Positions 38,201 to 50,858 of a stretch of 64,000 nt of DNA are shown piece by piece. Origin of the DNA: Cirrosporium novae-zelandiae (taxonomy: Eukaryota); the NCBI GenBank assembly GCA_026023565.1, contig JAPETS010000001.1, forward strand, positions 1,240,001-1,304,000, given 5' to 3'. The notes beneath the pieces were generated by a model that saw only the letters and a program-made list of their open reading frames with translations, did not search any database and was not told the DNA's origin. The position numbers were made by a program, and so were the translations under genes. Position 1 is the stretch's first letter; the number at the start of each line of letters is the position of its first letter.

Positions 38201-38529
38201 ATTACTGAGATTATCTACTTAAAGTTGAGGGAATATTCTATCAATTCTTCTATTTAACTATTTAACTACTTAGTAAACCACCTAAGTAGTTAATCAATTC
38301 TACTTTTAATCATATCGTTAAAGGGGCTATCTCCTTTTTTCCCCTTCTTTTCCTTTTGACAAATATCAAGTATGAATATGCGGTCAAGGTGGTATGTACT
38401 CTAGACCAGGTTTCAGAGAAAGTTGACCCCCCCCCCCCCCCCCAATATAGAAACAAGAAAATTGCGCTACCTGTATCTAATCTAAGTAAAGAATCAACGT
38501 GACGATACCAACGTTGTTGAATTATTATA

Positions 38530-39192
38530 ATGTCGAAGCCAACCTCCAGCGACCCTGCTGTTGCTTCTATTATCGGTAACACTAATCCTTCTGATCTCGA
38601 CGACCTCCTCGAATCGGACCATGATGACAACTTCTTTTCCAATTACCGTGCTGCACGAATGCAACAGCTACATACAGAGGTCAACCTCGCAAAATCCGCC
38701 GGCCGCAGCGTCACCACCCTCACATCCGAATCCGAAGTTCTGTCTCTAACTACAGAGACTCCTCCCCGAAATAGTGACGACGAGGATTTACGGCACAATA
38801 GAGTAATCATTCACTTCTTCCACCCAGACTTTACCAAGTGTGATATCATGGACATCCATTTGGCAAAGCTGGCTAAGGTGCACTATGAAACTAGCTTTTA
38901 CCGTGTGAGCGTATTGAATTGTCCCTTCCTGGTTGGCAAGCTCAGTATTCGCGTGCTCCCCTGTGTCATTGGCTTCGTGGACGGTGTTGCTGCGCAGAGA
39001 ATAGTAGGGTTTGAAGGCCTGGGAGGCGATAGTGAAGGGAAAGGTTTCCAAACATGGATGTTAGAAGGCCAATTTGTGGATAAGAAAGTCCTGTCGGCTG
39101 CCATGATGGGGGACGCTGATGAGGATGGAGTGGAGAACCGAGATAGCAGGAAGGCTCTGGAGGAAGACGAAGACTACGATGATTGGGATTAA
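38530..39192 (+). CDS. Phosducin-like thioredoxin-fold protein (Plp1/TXNDC9)
   Basis: YRAARMQQL, VIIHFFHPDFTKCDIMDIHL, PFLVGKLSIRVLPCV and IVGFEGLG; acidic tail ending DDWD. Confidence 0.88.
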   Translation: MSKPTSSDPAVASIIGNTNPSDLDDLLESDHDDNFFSNYRAARMQQLHTEVNLAKSAGRSVTTLTSESEVLSLTTETPPRNSDDEDLRHNRVIIHFFHPDFTKCDIMDIHLAKLAKVHYETSFYRVSVLNCPFLVGKLSIRVLPCVIGFVDGVAAQRIVGFEGLGGDSEGKGFQTWMLEGQFVDKKVLSAAMMGDADEDGVENRDSRKALEEDEDYDDWD

Positions 39193-39892
39193 AGAACGAG
39201 ACAGGGTCAGGGGCCAAACAACTAGGGAGTATGAAATCATATTCATCTGAAAGGATATATTGGACCCAGTATATTCCTCCTAAAGGAACACCAAACAGCT
39301 CTTACCTGCGAAGGGTTGAGGAAAGCGCAAACTACACCGTTGAGATACTGGGATAGTGCCATGGTTTTCACCATAAAGCGCCCCTTCGTCGACTAATGGC
39401 AAAAAATGCCTTGATTGCTATGTAATGGGTGTGTATCAAACAAACAACCGATCATGTTCAAATGATCCTATCCACAAAGTGTTCAAGAACCAGTTTCAAA
39501 AGGATGTCTATAATACACTTTGATTGTCCTTGATATGCTTTTCTTGTGTCTAATCAAGTCCTCATATTTAACATACACCCATTTCAATGCAAAAGGCTTG
39601 ATATAATATACTTGAATTTCTGGATGATGGATTTCAGTAGGTTGGTTATCACAAAAGCAAGTTACCTTGGCACTCATAAACCCGTCTGCCCCATCGAGAG
39701 ACAGAAACATAATTTCCTCCACGACTCCCAAAAACATTGCGCCTTCTGTTGCCTGATTGATAGTTGTACAGATGCTGTATTCATTCCCCTGCGCGCTGAA
39801 AAAATAGAAAATTAGAAAGAAAAAATATACCAGGACCATATTTGCTGGGTCCCTGGACACCAGCGCCTGGATCAAATGTCCTGAATCATTGT

Positions 39893-41580
39893 TCAAATCT
39901 CCACCGTCTTCATGCCATCGACACCATCAACACCTAAACCAGTGGTATCTTTCCTAGAAACCTTTTTATTTTCTTTGTCACTATCCTCCGCACTCGTCAC
40001 TGAGGTTGACACGTCATTCTTTGAGGTAGCAGGAGACTTGAGCTCTTTGCTCTCCCTTGGAGTTCCAACTTCAACCAGTTTCTCTTTGGTATTTTTGCCG
40101 CTCTTCACTGAAACTGGGCTTGAAGTTTCTTCAGCAACTCTGGCCAATGGACTCGAACCGATTTGCGGATTCTTTGGGCTTGCAGTATTACCACGGTTGG
40201 GAAATCTTTGTGGAGATCTACCACGCTCTTCGGGGCTGTGGTACGGAGAATCACCATTAGCAGGAGCTTTCAGATTAGTATTAAGGCCCAACATGCTCTT
40301 TGGCTTCCGCCTCGGAGCCTTTCTTCCAAATTTCTGGTCCGTCCTCCATCGTAATATGTTCATATATGAAGGTTCAACCGTTTGCGACTTAAATTCACGC
40401 AGCTTCAATTCTCCAGATTCCTCCTCCACAAACTCCTTTCCGCTGGTTAGATCATCTGCCACCGTGGCCATGAAAGCAGCCCAAGACCGTCCAACAACAT
40501 ATTTGGTATCATAATCACGGCCGAAAATGATAACTTGACCCCATTTACCCATTGGTCCAGGCGACAGATCGACGGCAAGACAGTTCCCACCCCAATCCCG
40601 AGCAAGTGGAATCCAGCATGGATGAGCATAAGCTTTCTGGACAGCATTGGGAGGTTGCGAGTCCTGACGAGCCACCAAGTCTTGCCTCCAGAGAGGATTG
40701 GAAGCCTGGTGGACAGGCTCCTTAGATGACGAAGCACCGCCAAATGCTTTAGTGGGGGGCTGAGGTTGATGTTGGAGAGGGACTACCAGAAACTCCTCAT
40801 TGACAGTCCTCCAGTTCCTCCACTCCTCGACAATTTCTTCGCAGTCCAGTAACATGCAGCCGAAGATGATTCCAGTTGGCCTGCCTCCACGTTCTTGTCC
40901 ATCGTGAACCATGAGCGATTCACGAACTTCCATTGGTAGGGAGCAATCAAGTTCATGCTCCAAATCATTGAGATCATTGAGTGTGCATCCTTCAGACAAT
41001 TGATCAAAAAGTTCCTCGTAATTATCCTCCGCCCATCGGTCAATTTTCCTCCAGGAGTGAGCAACAGGAGGTGGAGGGGGCAATCCTTCTTGGAAATTCT
41101 GCATCTGAATTTCTCCCGTAGCAAGATTGTCAAAGGGACTGGGATCGGTTTGTTGCCGTTGCAATGACGATCTCATACCAGGTGAGTATGGAGCGGATGC
41201 AGAGTTTGGGGAGGGCAAAATTCCTGGGGACACTGGGTACCCGTTTGTACGGTCGGATAACATTGATCTTCGGGAGCCATCATCACCATAAGGAGACGAA
41301 AGATCAGGGCGAGATTCTAAAGCACTTGTAGCGACCGAAGTTAAGGGAGCAGATCGACTTTGACTCAGCGGTACATGTTGTCCGGTACGATAGGGGGAAT
41401 CGAAGGTTGCGTGACGGTCATTGGAGGTCAAAGTATGCCAGAAAGAGCGCCAGGTGCCTCCAAGGCTTTATAGAAACATTAGTCAAAAAATATAGCTTCA
41501 AGAGGGGATTTATCGGGTGGTGATAAAATCATTGTGCTGGTAGAAAGATGAAGTAACACGTACCCGTTATTATTAGCCAT
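39893..41580 (-). CDS. SMI1: Cell-wall assembly regulator Smi1/Knr4; exons 41580-41564, 41465-39893
   Basis: RSFWHTLTSNDRHA N-terminus and SMI1/KNR4 domain (LEHELDCSLPMEVRESLMVHDGQE, WIPLARDWGGNCLAVDLSPGPMGKWGQVIIFGRDYD). Confidence 0.95.
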
Positions 41581-43037
41581 TGTCGAATTATTTTAGTTAC
41601 TGTGAGTGACGAAAAAGTTCAGGATGCTCTTGGGGGAATTCCAAGCATCAGGGTATCCAAATCATGGATGCTTTCGGAGAGGACTGAGAGGCGTATTTTT
41701 TTGTTTTCTTGCTTCGAAAAAGACAGTGATATCTTCCTTTTGTTTTTTTTGTTTTCTTCAAAGAGTTGAGAAAGGTTCAAAACAAGGTGAGTCGTCGTCG
41801 CGTCCTCTGATTGTTGTTTGGTTGGTTTAGTTGGACACAGGAGGAAAAGCGAGTGCCAAAGTCGGCAACAAATTGTAGCGAAGGCGGTTGCCGTGAAACG
41901 CAGTTCTCACACCGACTGGCGAATTGATTTGGTGCAATGGGGGGAAATGGGGAATGGGGTGAGCACCTTAAAATGCCGAGAAGTGGCAATTCCCAGAATT
42001 GTTTTTTTAATTATTATTTTGAAATAATTTGATATCAAATAATGAATGTTATTGGGGGAGGAGGAGGAGGGGGGGGGGGGGTGTGGAAAGAATGGGAGAG
42101 AATGGAAGAAAAGAGGAAGGAGACGACGGCAATGGTGAAGATGATGATGATGATGAAGTTTTGCGTCAGGGGGAACATTCACGTTTCTTGCGGCGGCGGC
42201 AATAGGTAGACCAAGTAGACGGTGGGCAAGAAAGAGGCGTTTTTATTCAATTTGGTTTGGCTGTTACATGGTGTATTATACTCTGTCTACCTTGGAACTC
42301 CTATACACCAACACCAACCACCACACCATCACTATACCATTTACTTACTTAGCTTGCTTTTTACACCTGTTCTACTCTTATGCCCTGTCCACACCTGTTT
42401 ACGCCATCCCCCTTACCCAAAAAGAAAAAGAAAAAAAAAAGAAAAAAACATGTCCCTGGCCGTTTTGACAGCAAGAGATTAATTGTGAATTGTCTTTATT
42501 GGTCACCCACATGAACGGGGGACGGAGACCGAGGGAAGGGCTAACCCAACCCCAAAAAGGGAGTCAAAAGGGAGACCAAAGCCAAAACAGGTCCCCACTG
42601 CTTTGATTTTTTTTTATTTAAAAAACAATACAGGGGTAAAATCATAAATTCCCATGGGCCATAGATTCCATTCTACCACTCGAGAAGCATTTGACAAGGA
42701 CTAGTAATTTAAGGATATCTACCCAGTACTCGAGTACTCTGGAAGTGTCCTATCGGAACTCTTGTTATCTGATGATTCATTTCATGAGAGGAGACATCGT
42801 GGGTCGATCCTTGAATTTCACGCATAGGAAATTGAACATGTAAACTAATTAGTTTGCTGCAGGGTGAAGGATACTTGGATACTTGAATACAAGATACAAA
42901 GTTAGTTCAATAACCCTGGAAAAGGACAAATGAATTAATTTCTGCCAATCCAATCAACCTGCCTGGTATGAAGGCCTCATTCAGGCACCGAATACTTATG
43001 CACTTATCCATGCCAAGAAAGGCTTACATATTATATA

Positions 43038-43069
43038 TACACACACACACGCGCGCACACACACACATA

Positions 43070-43104
<35 letters not shown>
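43038..43104. repeat. (CA)n microsatellite, interrupted
   Basis: Directly visible. Confidence 0.95.
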
Positions 43105-43107
<3 letters not shown>

Positions 43108-44764
43108 GAAAGAGAGAGAAGGAACATGCTTTTGCAGGTCTAGCTATTTCTGGTCTAGCTTATGCCGGTCTAGCTGAGGTACGGAATCTCTCCATCCACA
43201 AAATCCCTTTTGCTGGATGCCACATTTTCTTGCCCTCTCGACCAGCCAATGCAGGTCCCCGTTTGAGGCTTGATGGCTATCCAGCCAGTGATAACGGCCT
43301 TGTTTCAGGCCAACAAATCTTCCTAGCCGTGTGCCTATCGTCTTCACCAAGAGGCAAATTTCAAAGTTATTTTAGCACCCAGATCGACCGCCAAGGCTCA
43401 TCACGCTTCATGATCAGCGCTTCTGGCGGCAAACCATCCGAGCCATGTCCATGGTCCACGGGAAAGGATCGTGTAGAGAGTGTTACAGAGTGGTAGAGAT
43501 AGAGAGATAGACATGTCTATCTGGAATTAATGAGACATATGCGGATGGATGCAAGAATGTGTATTTATATCTATCAAGCAGCACGCTGGAGGGTGCATTG
43601 CTTCTCGTTACTTGGTTGCTTGTCATTTTCCCACGTATGCCCACAACCTGCCACTTAGATTACCAACTTCCCCACCCAAATCTCCGGTAGCCTTTTGGTG
43701 AAATGATACCGCTTCAATTCACCACGATATTCTCTTTCATGGTAATAATCATTCAACCCACAGTCAAGCCAAATACGGCCTGCTCTATGCACTAGCAATC
43801 TCCATCATAGCAGCCTGTACGTACTTCAAAGAAAACAACAATAGTGAATGTATTAAAAGAAACTAATCCAGTGTACAACAAATACATTTGAGAAATCCTG
43901 CCTACCCCCTTCCCGCCATAAACTGTGCCGACGACACCATGGAAACATGCTAAAATTGCCCAGCCATGACTGCTGTGAATCGTAGAGGAAGCCTAAACCC
44001 TAGCCATCATAGACTTCATTGATCATATGACCCCGTCCAGACCTTGTCACAAATGGAATGTTGTAGTCACCATACACCAGTGCATCATCAACAATGGGTA
44101 TCTTTCGAATGCGCTCGCTCCCACCCAACCCCACGCAGAACCAATCATATCCAGCAAAATTCCCGAACTCCCATTTCATCATGCCATGGTTGAACCTGCA
44201 GAAGAAGAATCATCCATGCCAGAATGTCACGCAAAGGTCGTCACAAAGGAAATATTTCAGCTGTCGAGAAAATCCGGAAGATCGAAAAGCCATGTCGGAA
44301 AGAGTGTACTAAGGAGGTAGATATGACTGTCCGGCCATCGCAATTGATAAATAATCAAGAAACTGACATATTAGAGCCCAAGCCATGTGACAGAATAGAT
44401 GAGACCACGAAGGTGTGTTCCTTTATGCATAATCCACTTTGGCGGCAATTGCATTAGAAAGCCTTCAAACAAAATTAGCGGCATCACATATTGGCGGTAT
44501 CAAATACTGTCGTCTAGCTTGGCATCATGACTTCAGAGATAGAGTATGAATTAAGTGAAGGCCGGCCGAGTCAAAGAATGACAAGCATCAAGCCTGCTAA
44601 ACCAAAAATAAAACGGGTGTAACAATTAGGGTAGAGATTAAGCCAGCAATAAGAACACGAAAGCAATCGATTATGAGTCACATAAAATGTAACTCGAAGA
44701 ATGTGTAGACAAGGACATTGATCCAAAATTATCTTCAAAGCCATCTATTAAGAGTACTGAACTT

Positions 44765-46279
44765 CTATGTAGATCCCAGTTTGAGCACCCGGCGGAGATC
44801 AGCTTCCATTGATTGGACGCTGTGTTGCGGGGCGAAAATCTCTCTAGAAAATCTGGCATTAGACGTATGGTTCAGGCCAGTAGACATTCCAGTCGGAACA
44901 CGGCCATTCAAGTGCGTTTGCGTCTTGTTCAATGATATAGTTGAGTTGGACAAGGCTGGATATGCCTGAGGAGATGATACCGAACGGCCTCCAAAATCAA
45001 GAACTGGGCGATTGAACCTCCGACGAGAAGATGATGGAATAAGCTTCGGTTCAGGAGTACCGTTGACTACGGAAGCCAGATACTGGTGAAGATCTTGCGA
45101 GATAGACGGCGTAAGGGCACGAGTTGGGGTCTCAACCCTGGAAGCAGCTATTGACACAGGCACTGACTGCGAAGACTCATTTCGTATAATTGTAGATGGG
45201 GAACGACGTCGTGAAGGGGAAGGTGACGGGGAGAGTCCATGACCTTGGAGAGATCCTTCAAAAGGACGTGGAGAGTGTGAAACAGCTCCAGGAAAGCTGA
45301 ATAACTGTTTTTTTAAAGCTTCTGTTTTAGCCTTGCAGCTTTCTTCATCTGTAAAGCCTGATGTTGACATTTTTGAGCTTTCTTTGTTGGGCCTCACTGC
45401 TTGAAGACGTTGTTGATATGGGGTTGCGAAGCTGGGTCCAATCGTCCCCGGGCGTGGCTGAGCACTGTCCATTTCGAAGGCAAAGATACCACCTCCACTT
45501 GGACTATGGATAGGACTTCCGAGGCTATGAGAAGGTATATTGATAGACTCTGGGGAACTTCCATGAAGAGCTTCTCTTGAAGTATGCTGTGGTTGAGGGG
45601 ATGTCCTGTTGGCCTCCTTCGCCTTGGCTTCACGTGCTTGTTGGAAAAGGAAATCTAAGGGAGTAGATTCCCTGGACTTGTTATCATGCACAAGGGGAGG
45701 GCTGGTGGGGATTGGAGAAGAGGAAGTGCTCTCAGATGACTCTTGTTCAGGAGAGTATGAGATTGGGAGATTCGAGATACCCTCAGGAACTGACTTGGAT
45801 AACAACTTTGGAATAGGTAATGTCGAGGGTGCAGGGGATGCATGAAATGAGGGACCCGCATAAGCAGTCGAAATAGGAGTAGTCTTTCGGCGCCCAGATT
45901 TATTGCTAGTTTTTGAAGAATTATCATTTGCAGGAGTAGCACTGCCAGTAGGATTTCCTGTGATCACACTTGTGGGATTCACAGCAGACATGCGCTTCCG
46001 GGCTTTTCCGCGTTTCTTTCCTTTGATCGCATTTTCGTTATAGTAATGGTCTGTGTTATGGCTGTGGTGGAAGGTTTTGGGCGTATGAGGATAAAAGGAT
46101 GATACTTCGTTTTGATGCCCATGATAGTTGTTTATATCGATATGATGAGGGTCGTGAGTAATTCTAGAAGTCTGATTTGAAAGGTCTATTTCTTGTCCTG
46201 TAGGAAGAGTAATAGATTTGGAATGCGCCTGATGAAAGTGGCCATGTCGGCTGTCGTTATGGAGTATTTGGGCAGACAT
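44765..46279 (-). CDS. Disordered protein with a PNRC/Edc1-type YAG-LPxP motif (putative mRNA decapping activator)
   Basis: AYAGPSFHASPAPSTLPIPK motif, STPLDFLFQ, a C-terminal helix MEADLRRVLKL and S/P-rich low complexity. Confidence 0.75.
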   Translation of the reverse strand: MSAQILHNDSRHGHFHQAHSKSITLPTGQEIDLSNQTSRITHDPHHIDINNYHGHQNEVSSFYPHTPKTFHHSHNTDHYYNENAIKGKKRGKARKRMSAVNPTSVITGNPTGSATPANDNSSKTSNKSGRRKTTPISTAYAGPSFHASPAPSTLPIPKLLSKSVPEGISNLPISYSPEQESSESTSSSPIPTSPPLVHDNKSRESTPLDFLFQQAREAKAKEANRTSPQPQHTSREALHGSSPESINIPSHSLGSPIHSPSGGGIFAFEMDSAQPRPGTIGPSFATPYQQRLQAVRPNKESSKMSTSGFTDEESCKAKTEALKKQLFSFPGAVSHSPRPFEGSLQGHGLSPSPSPSRRRSPSTIIRNESSQSVPVSIAASRVETPTRALTPSISQDLHQYLASVVNGTPEPKLIPSSSRRRFNRPVLDFGGRSVSSPQAYPALSNSTISLNKTQTHLNGRVPTGMSTGLNHTSNARFSREIFAPQHSVQSMEADLRRVLKLGST

Positions 46280-47345
46280 GATCTTTTTGGCTTAAAAATA
46301 TGCAGCCTTGTTCAACAACTCGAAAGAAAATTAAAAAAGGAAACCAGAAGATGATTAGATCAGAAGGATAGCCTTCACCGATGGAGATTGTGTGGCAATT
46401 TATGATGGTGGGCTGTTTTGAAGGTGACTGTTTTCTTATCGTGGCGCGGTTGACAACAAAACCGAAGTGGTGTCTGGAGGTCTTTTCAGAATTTGACGAG
46501 TATGCGATCGTAGTTTTCTAGTGGATGAATCGAAGGTAGAGGAGGAATATCGTGAGATTTGATCGCTCATTTCTTGATCGGCGTCTAGAAGGGGGATGGA
46601 GGTTGATGAGTGATGGTGGTGATGAGCGAGGGGGATGGTTGTCTTCGGAAGATGAAGGTGGAAAGATGAAGTTGGAAAGGAAATGAAATGACGAGGCGGG
46701 GAATGGCAAGTTCAAGTGCGTAAATTCAATCCTGAGGCAGTGGGCTTAACCGCGCAATCTAAACCGGATTAGGAGAATTGTGTACAGCTGTTCCGATCAG
46801 CCGTGTCAGCCTGACACAATTAGGCTTCGAAAGAAAATCTTTCTTTGTGGTGAGATCTGTATCGTTTTTCCTTCAGAGAGTGAGATAGGAGTAATATTGC
46901 GCGATTTTCTCTCGCTTGAAATTATATTGATATTTCCAAGTTTTGACATTCAGCATGGGTAAAAATGAAAATGATGGTTTCGGGGGAGGGTGCTTGTAGA
47001 TCATGGAATTCTCCTGCGTAAAATCAGGTCTTGAGTTTGTTCGCCAAGGTGCTAGTATCGCCACTCACGGGGCTGGGTTCGCGTCTATTTAAACCTATCA
47101 GCGCCAAATTTTCAGTGAGTTGAGATGAGCACTCACCAGGGCTCAAAAGTGTGATGTAAAAAGGATGTAGATTTGTAGAGAAAAAATGACTGGTTATATT
47201 ACTCTGCAAAAAAGCCCTATGCTCAAAAATAATTCTAATATAGTCTAATAATTACAATTAACAGGAAAGGCAACAACACAGTAGTTCTATTGTTTAAAAA
47301 TGGGTTTTCGGAGACCAAAGGTGAGTCGGCTGTGAGTGTACAGTA

Positions 47346-47578
47346 CCTGAATTCTGATGCCGACTGGCCTATCTCAAACCCATAGTTTTTAGTCTGTAAT
47401 TTAAGCGTGGAATATTAGTACAATAACACAAAGACACTACAACAATAATAAAAAATAATTACTACTACGCCTATAGTAAAAAATTTAGTGTGTGTAATTA
47501 ATTGTTGTATGGACGGTATTTTTAAAAACTGTTAAAAACTATGAGTTTGAGGTAGGCCAGTCGGCATCAAAATTCAGG
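47346..47578. mobile_element. Non-autonomous Tc1/mariner-type MITE (233 bp), TA target-site duplication
   Basis: About 46-bp TIRs CCTGAATTYTGATGCCGACTGGCCTAYCTCAAACYCATAGTTTTTA with 3 C/T mismatches, TA at 47344-45 and 47579-80, and an AT-rich interior. Confidence 0.88.
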
Positions 47579-48177
47579 TAGGCCGAGCTTAAGCGCAGGT
47601 AGGCTCAGCTGTCGACCGGTCGCATGTTTAAACATGCATTCATGATATTCAGAAATTATTCAAATAGGCGATTTACTTTTTGGCTTTCAAATAAAATCTG
47701 TTTTTAATAATAATTTAATTTGAAAGCCTTTTTAAAGCCTAAAAGATAAAAGTTAATTTTATTTGAAAGCCTCCCCAGGAAAAATAGTAAAAAAAAAACA
47801 ATTTATGAGTCTCGCCTATTTTGGGACCCGCGTGGGCACTTAAAAGACCGGCCGCATATTTGCCAAGCCCGCGGCTAAGTCCATCAATGCCTATCGTTAT
47901 TACCTAGGTACTTATCATAGAAACGCCAGGCAAGCTCTACATCCAGGTCGACCCGTACCTTTTGAATGCCATTATCATAGACACGACCTCTGTCTAGTTT
48001 CACAAACTTACGAAATTGAAGATACCTTTCTCTAAGCTGCTCAAGAAGCTGCTACGTCAGCCACACACCTACCTTTCTACGACACAAAATCTTGTTTCTT
48101 CTGTCCCGTTTATCATTTCGACAAGATCTTCTACGAACCAGGGTTTCAGCCAATAAATTCATACTACTGAAACTACT

Positions 48178-48745
<568 letters not shown>

Positions 48746-49036
48746 AGGAATTTCTCTCCTCATATTGCATGTATATGGCCGACGCAAGGCTAGCCCGCTG
48801 AATATCATCGATTCAAAATGGTCTGGCGTTATGGATTATGAGACACCAGTGATGACCTTATGTTTCTTTATGATAGTTGCAATGACTGTGGCCAGTATGT
48901 CTCATTCTTTAGAGGCTCTTTTCTAGCTAGTTATCCCATAAAATCAATCAATTAAGTCTAGTCTTTACCGCATCCGATTAGCCCAACTCTATGAATCACG
49001 ACAGATGATAATCCCTGCAGGCTGCTCTCATTTTAC

Positions 49037-49442
49037 TTATTTGTTGTCGACGATGATGGTAGCTCCTCGTATGCCAGTTTGGGCGGGTAACCAGTGCAGA
49101 GGCTCTTCGTTGTATGCTGGCCAAGGCGGTATAGTGATAAAGGCAGCGAGTGCCGTGCCCGCTAAGCCGATCCACAGCGTGAGAAAAATGTCGTGTTGGA
49201 AAAAGCCTACAAGAAAAGCGAGTAGCTTATTAAGTTAGTTGGCTTGACTGGATCAATGTTGATATCTCGTTGATCTACATACTCCTGTCACTGGTAGAAG
49301 TATAGTATAGATGAGTTCTGCCAGTCGCTGGCCTTCAAAATCCTGTTAAAAGGTCAGTTTGTAGAAACATAATTACTCTTCAGGTCAAGCGTACTATCTG
49401 GCCTTCAACAGCATCTTGAAGTGGTCGAAGAAGATCGTCCAT
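49037..49442 (-). CDS. SPC1: Signal peptidase complex 12 kDa subunit; exons 49442-49395, 49342-49283, 49225-49037
   Basis: MDDLLRPLQDAVEGQIDFEGQRLAE..., two TM segments and IPPWPAYNEEPLHWL. Absent from the ORF track. Confidence 0.9.
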
Positions 49443-50607
49443 GACTAGAATTGACCAAGCCTAAAATTGCCGACGGTTGAATTAGACGACAACAAACGAA
49501 TACATATATGTTTCATATTAAGGGTAAGAAGGTAATTACCTCTTTTTAAATTCTCACAAGGACTTATATAGATATGGCTAACTGGGGGGTTCAAGAGGGT
49601 TAAGGTTGCTGATGGCTGGCTACAACCCACCAGCCTAAGACCTTTTTTTTGGTTGGGTGACAAGAAGCTGACTCAGAGCCAATTTCATTGGGCCGAGGAC
49701 CAATCCAAACGACTTTGATGGGCACCACCCCTCCCCTCCCCTATAAAAAACTGATCTGAACATTGAAACATCCTGAGATAATTAATAATTGATGTTGATT
49801 ATTTCTAAACCTGGATATCTCCGAAAGACTAATTTTTTTGTCTTTTTTTCTTTTGTTTTCAACAAAAAACAACGATAAGTGGGGACCTATGCGAATTTGA
49901 ATGTTTTATATCAGACCAATTCAATAATATCGAACTACTACAAGGGACTGGGAGGATTGTGTGACGGCAGTCAAGAAAAGTCAAGGAAAAGCCAAACTAG
50001 TCCAGTCAGGGGTAGCCCAGTCAAGGTGGCATTAAACCATTTAGCGTAAAGCCACCCAGAATTCTTTTTTATCTCATGAACCGCTTCCTTTTCTCTTAAA
50101 ATATTTTCCTCTTTCCCAACAACAAGACCTTCTGGTGCTTCTTGGACTCGTCCCAGCTCCTCTAATTATTTTGTTTTGCACATTTTTCCCATGCACTAAT
50201 CAAATCCTGGAAAAAAGGGAAAAAAAAGGAAAATTAGATCCCAACCATAATTCTGCTCATCACAGGTCAACACTTGGACCCGTTCCATTCTCTTTTTCCC
50301 TTCGGAAGTCCTGCGCTCAGGGACCCATACACTAAAGCAACTTCTCAAGCCTCTCGACTGTCCCCCCTCCTATACTTTATTTTAGTCGACTCGACTTATC
50401 TCTCCCATTCCTCCGCCCACTCTGGCTCCTCTACAGCAAATATCTACTCCCAACACCACCAAGTTGGCGGGACTTCACTTCCCCAAGCTCTCCTTCATTT
50501 GTCCCCTTCTTGGCCCCAAGGCCCGGGTCTTCTGCGGAGGCGACAAGAAGCCTCCATAATTGAGCTCTCCAACATCACTACAGGCCAGCATTGCAATCCT
50601 TAATTCA

Positions 50608-50762
50608 CCCTCGATTCTCCCGGTGGCGAGCGCGACGAAGTTGCTTTCACCTCTGGGTACCTCAAGGATAGGGTGAAGAACCCTATCCGTCACGCGTCTA
50701 TCAAATTGGGTGCTTTCGATCGGTGAGCGCTTTTAGCGTCTCACCATAGGAGAAGGCGAGGG
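50608..50762 (+). promoter_or_regulatory. Candidate structured RNA element in the putative 5' leader of ALR1
   Basis: Enclosing helix CCCTCG-A-TTCTCC / GGAGAA-GG-CGAGGG, a 9-bp hairpin at 50666-50688 and a bulged hairpin at 50722-50745. No ATG between about 50200 and 50859. Confidence 0.4.
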
Positions 50763-50858
50763 AGAAGGGCAGCCATCCGAAGTTCAAAAGAACAATCCAT
50801 CTGCATAAATAGTCAAGGATAACAAATTATTTGGGGGAAAGGGAGAATAGAAGTTACA

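Noticed and set aside
41600..44700. Short ORFs in the 3-kb gap between SMI1 and the PNRC-like gene
   Set aside because: No motifs or consistent splice pattern; homopolymers and microsatellites fit promoter and UTR DNA.
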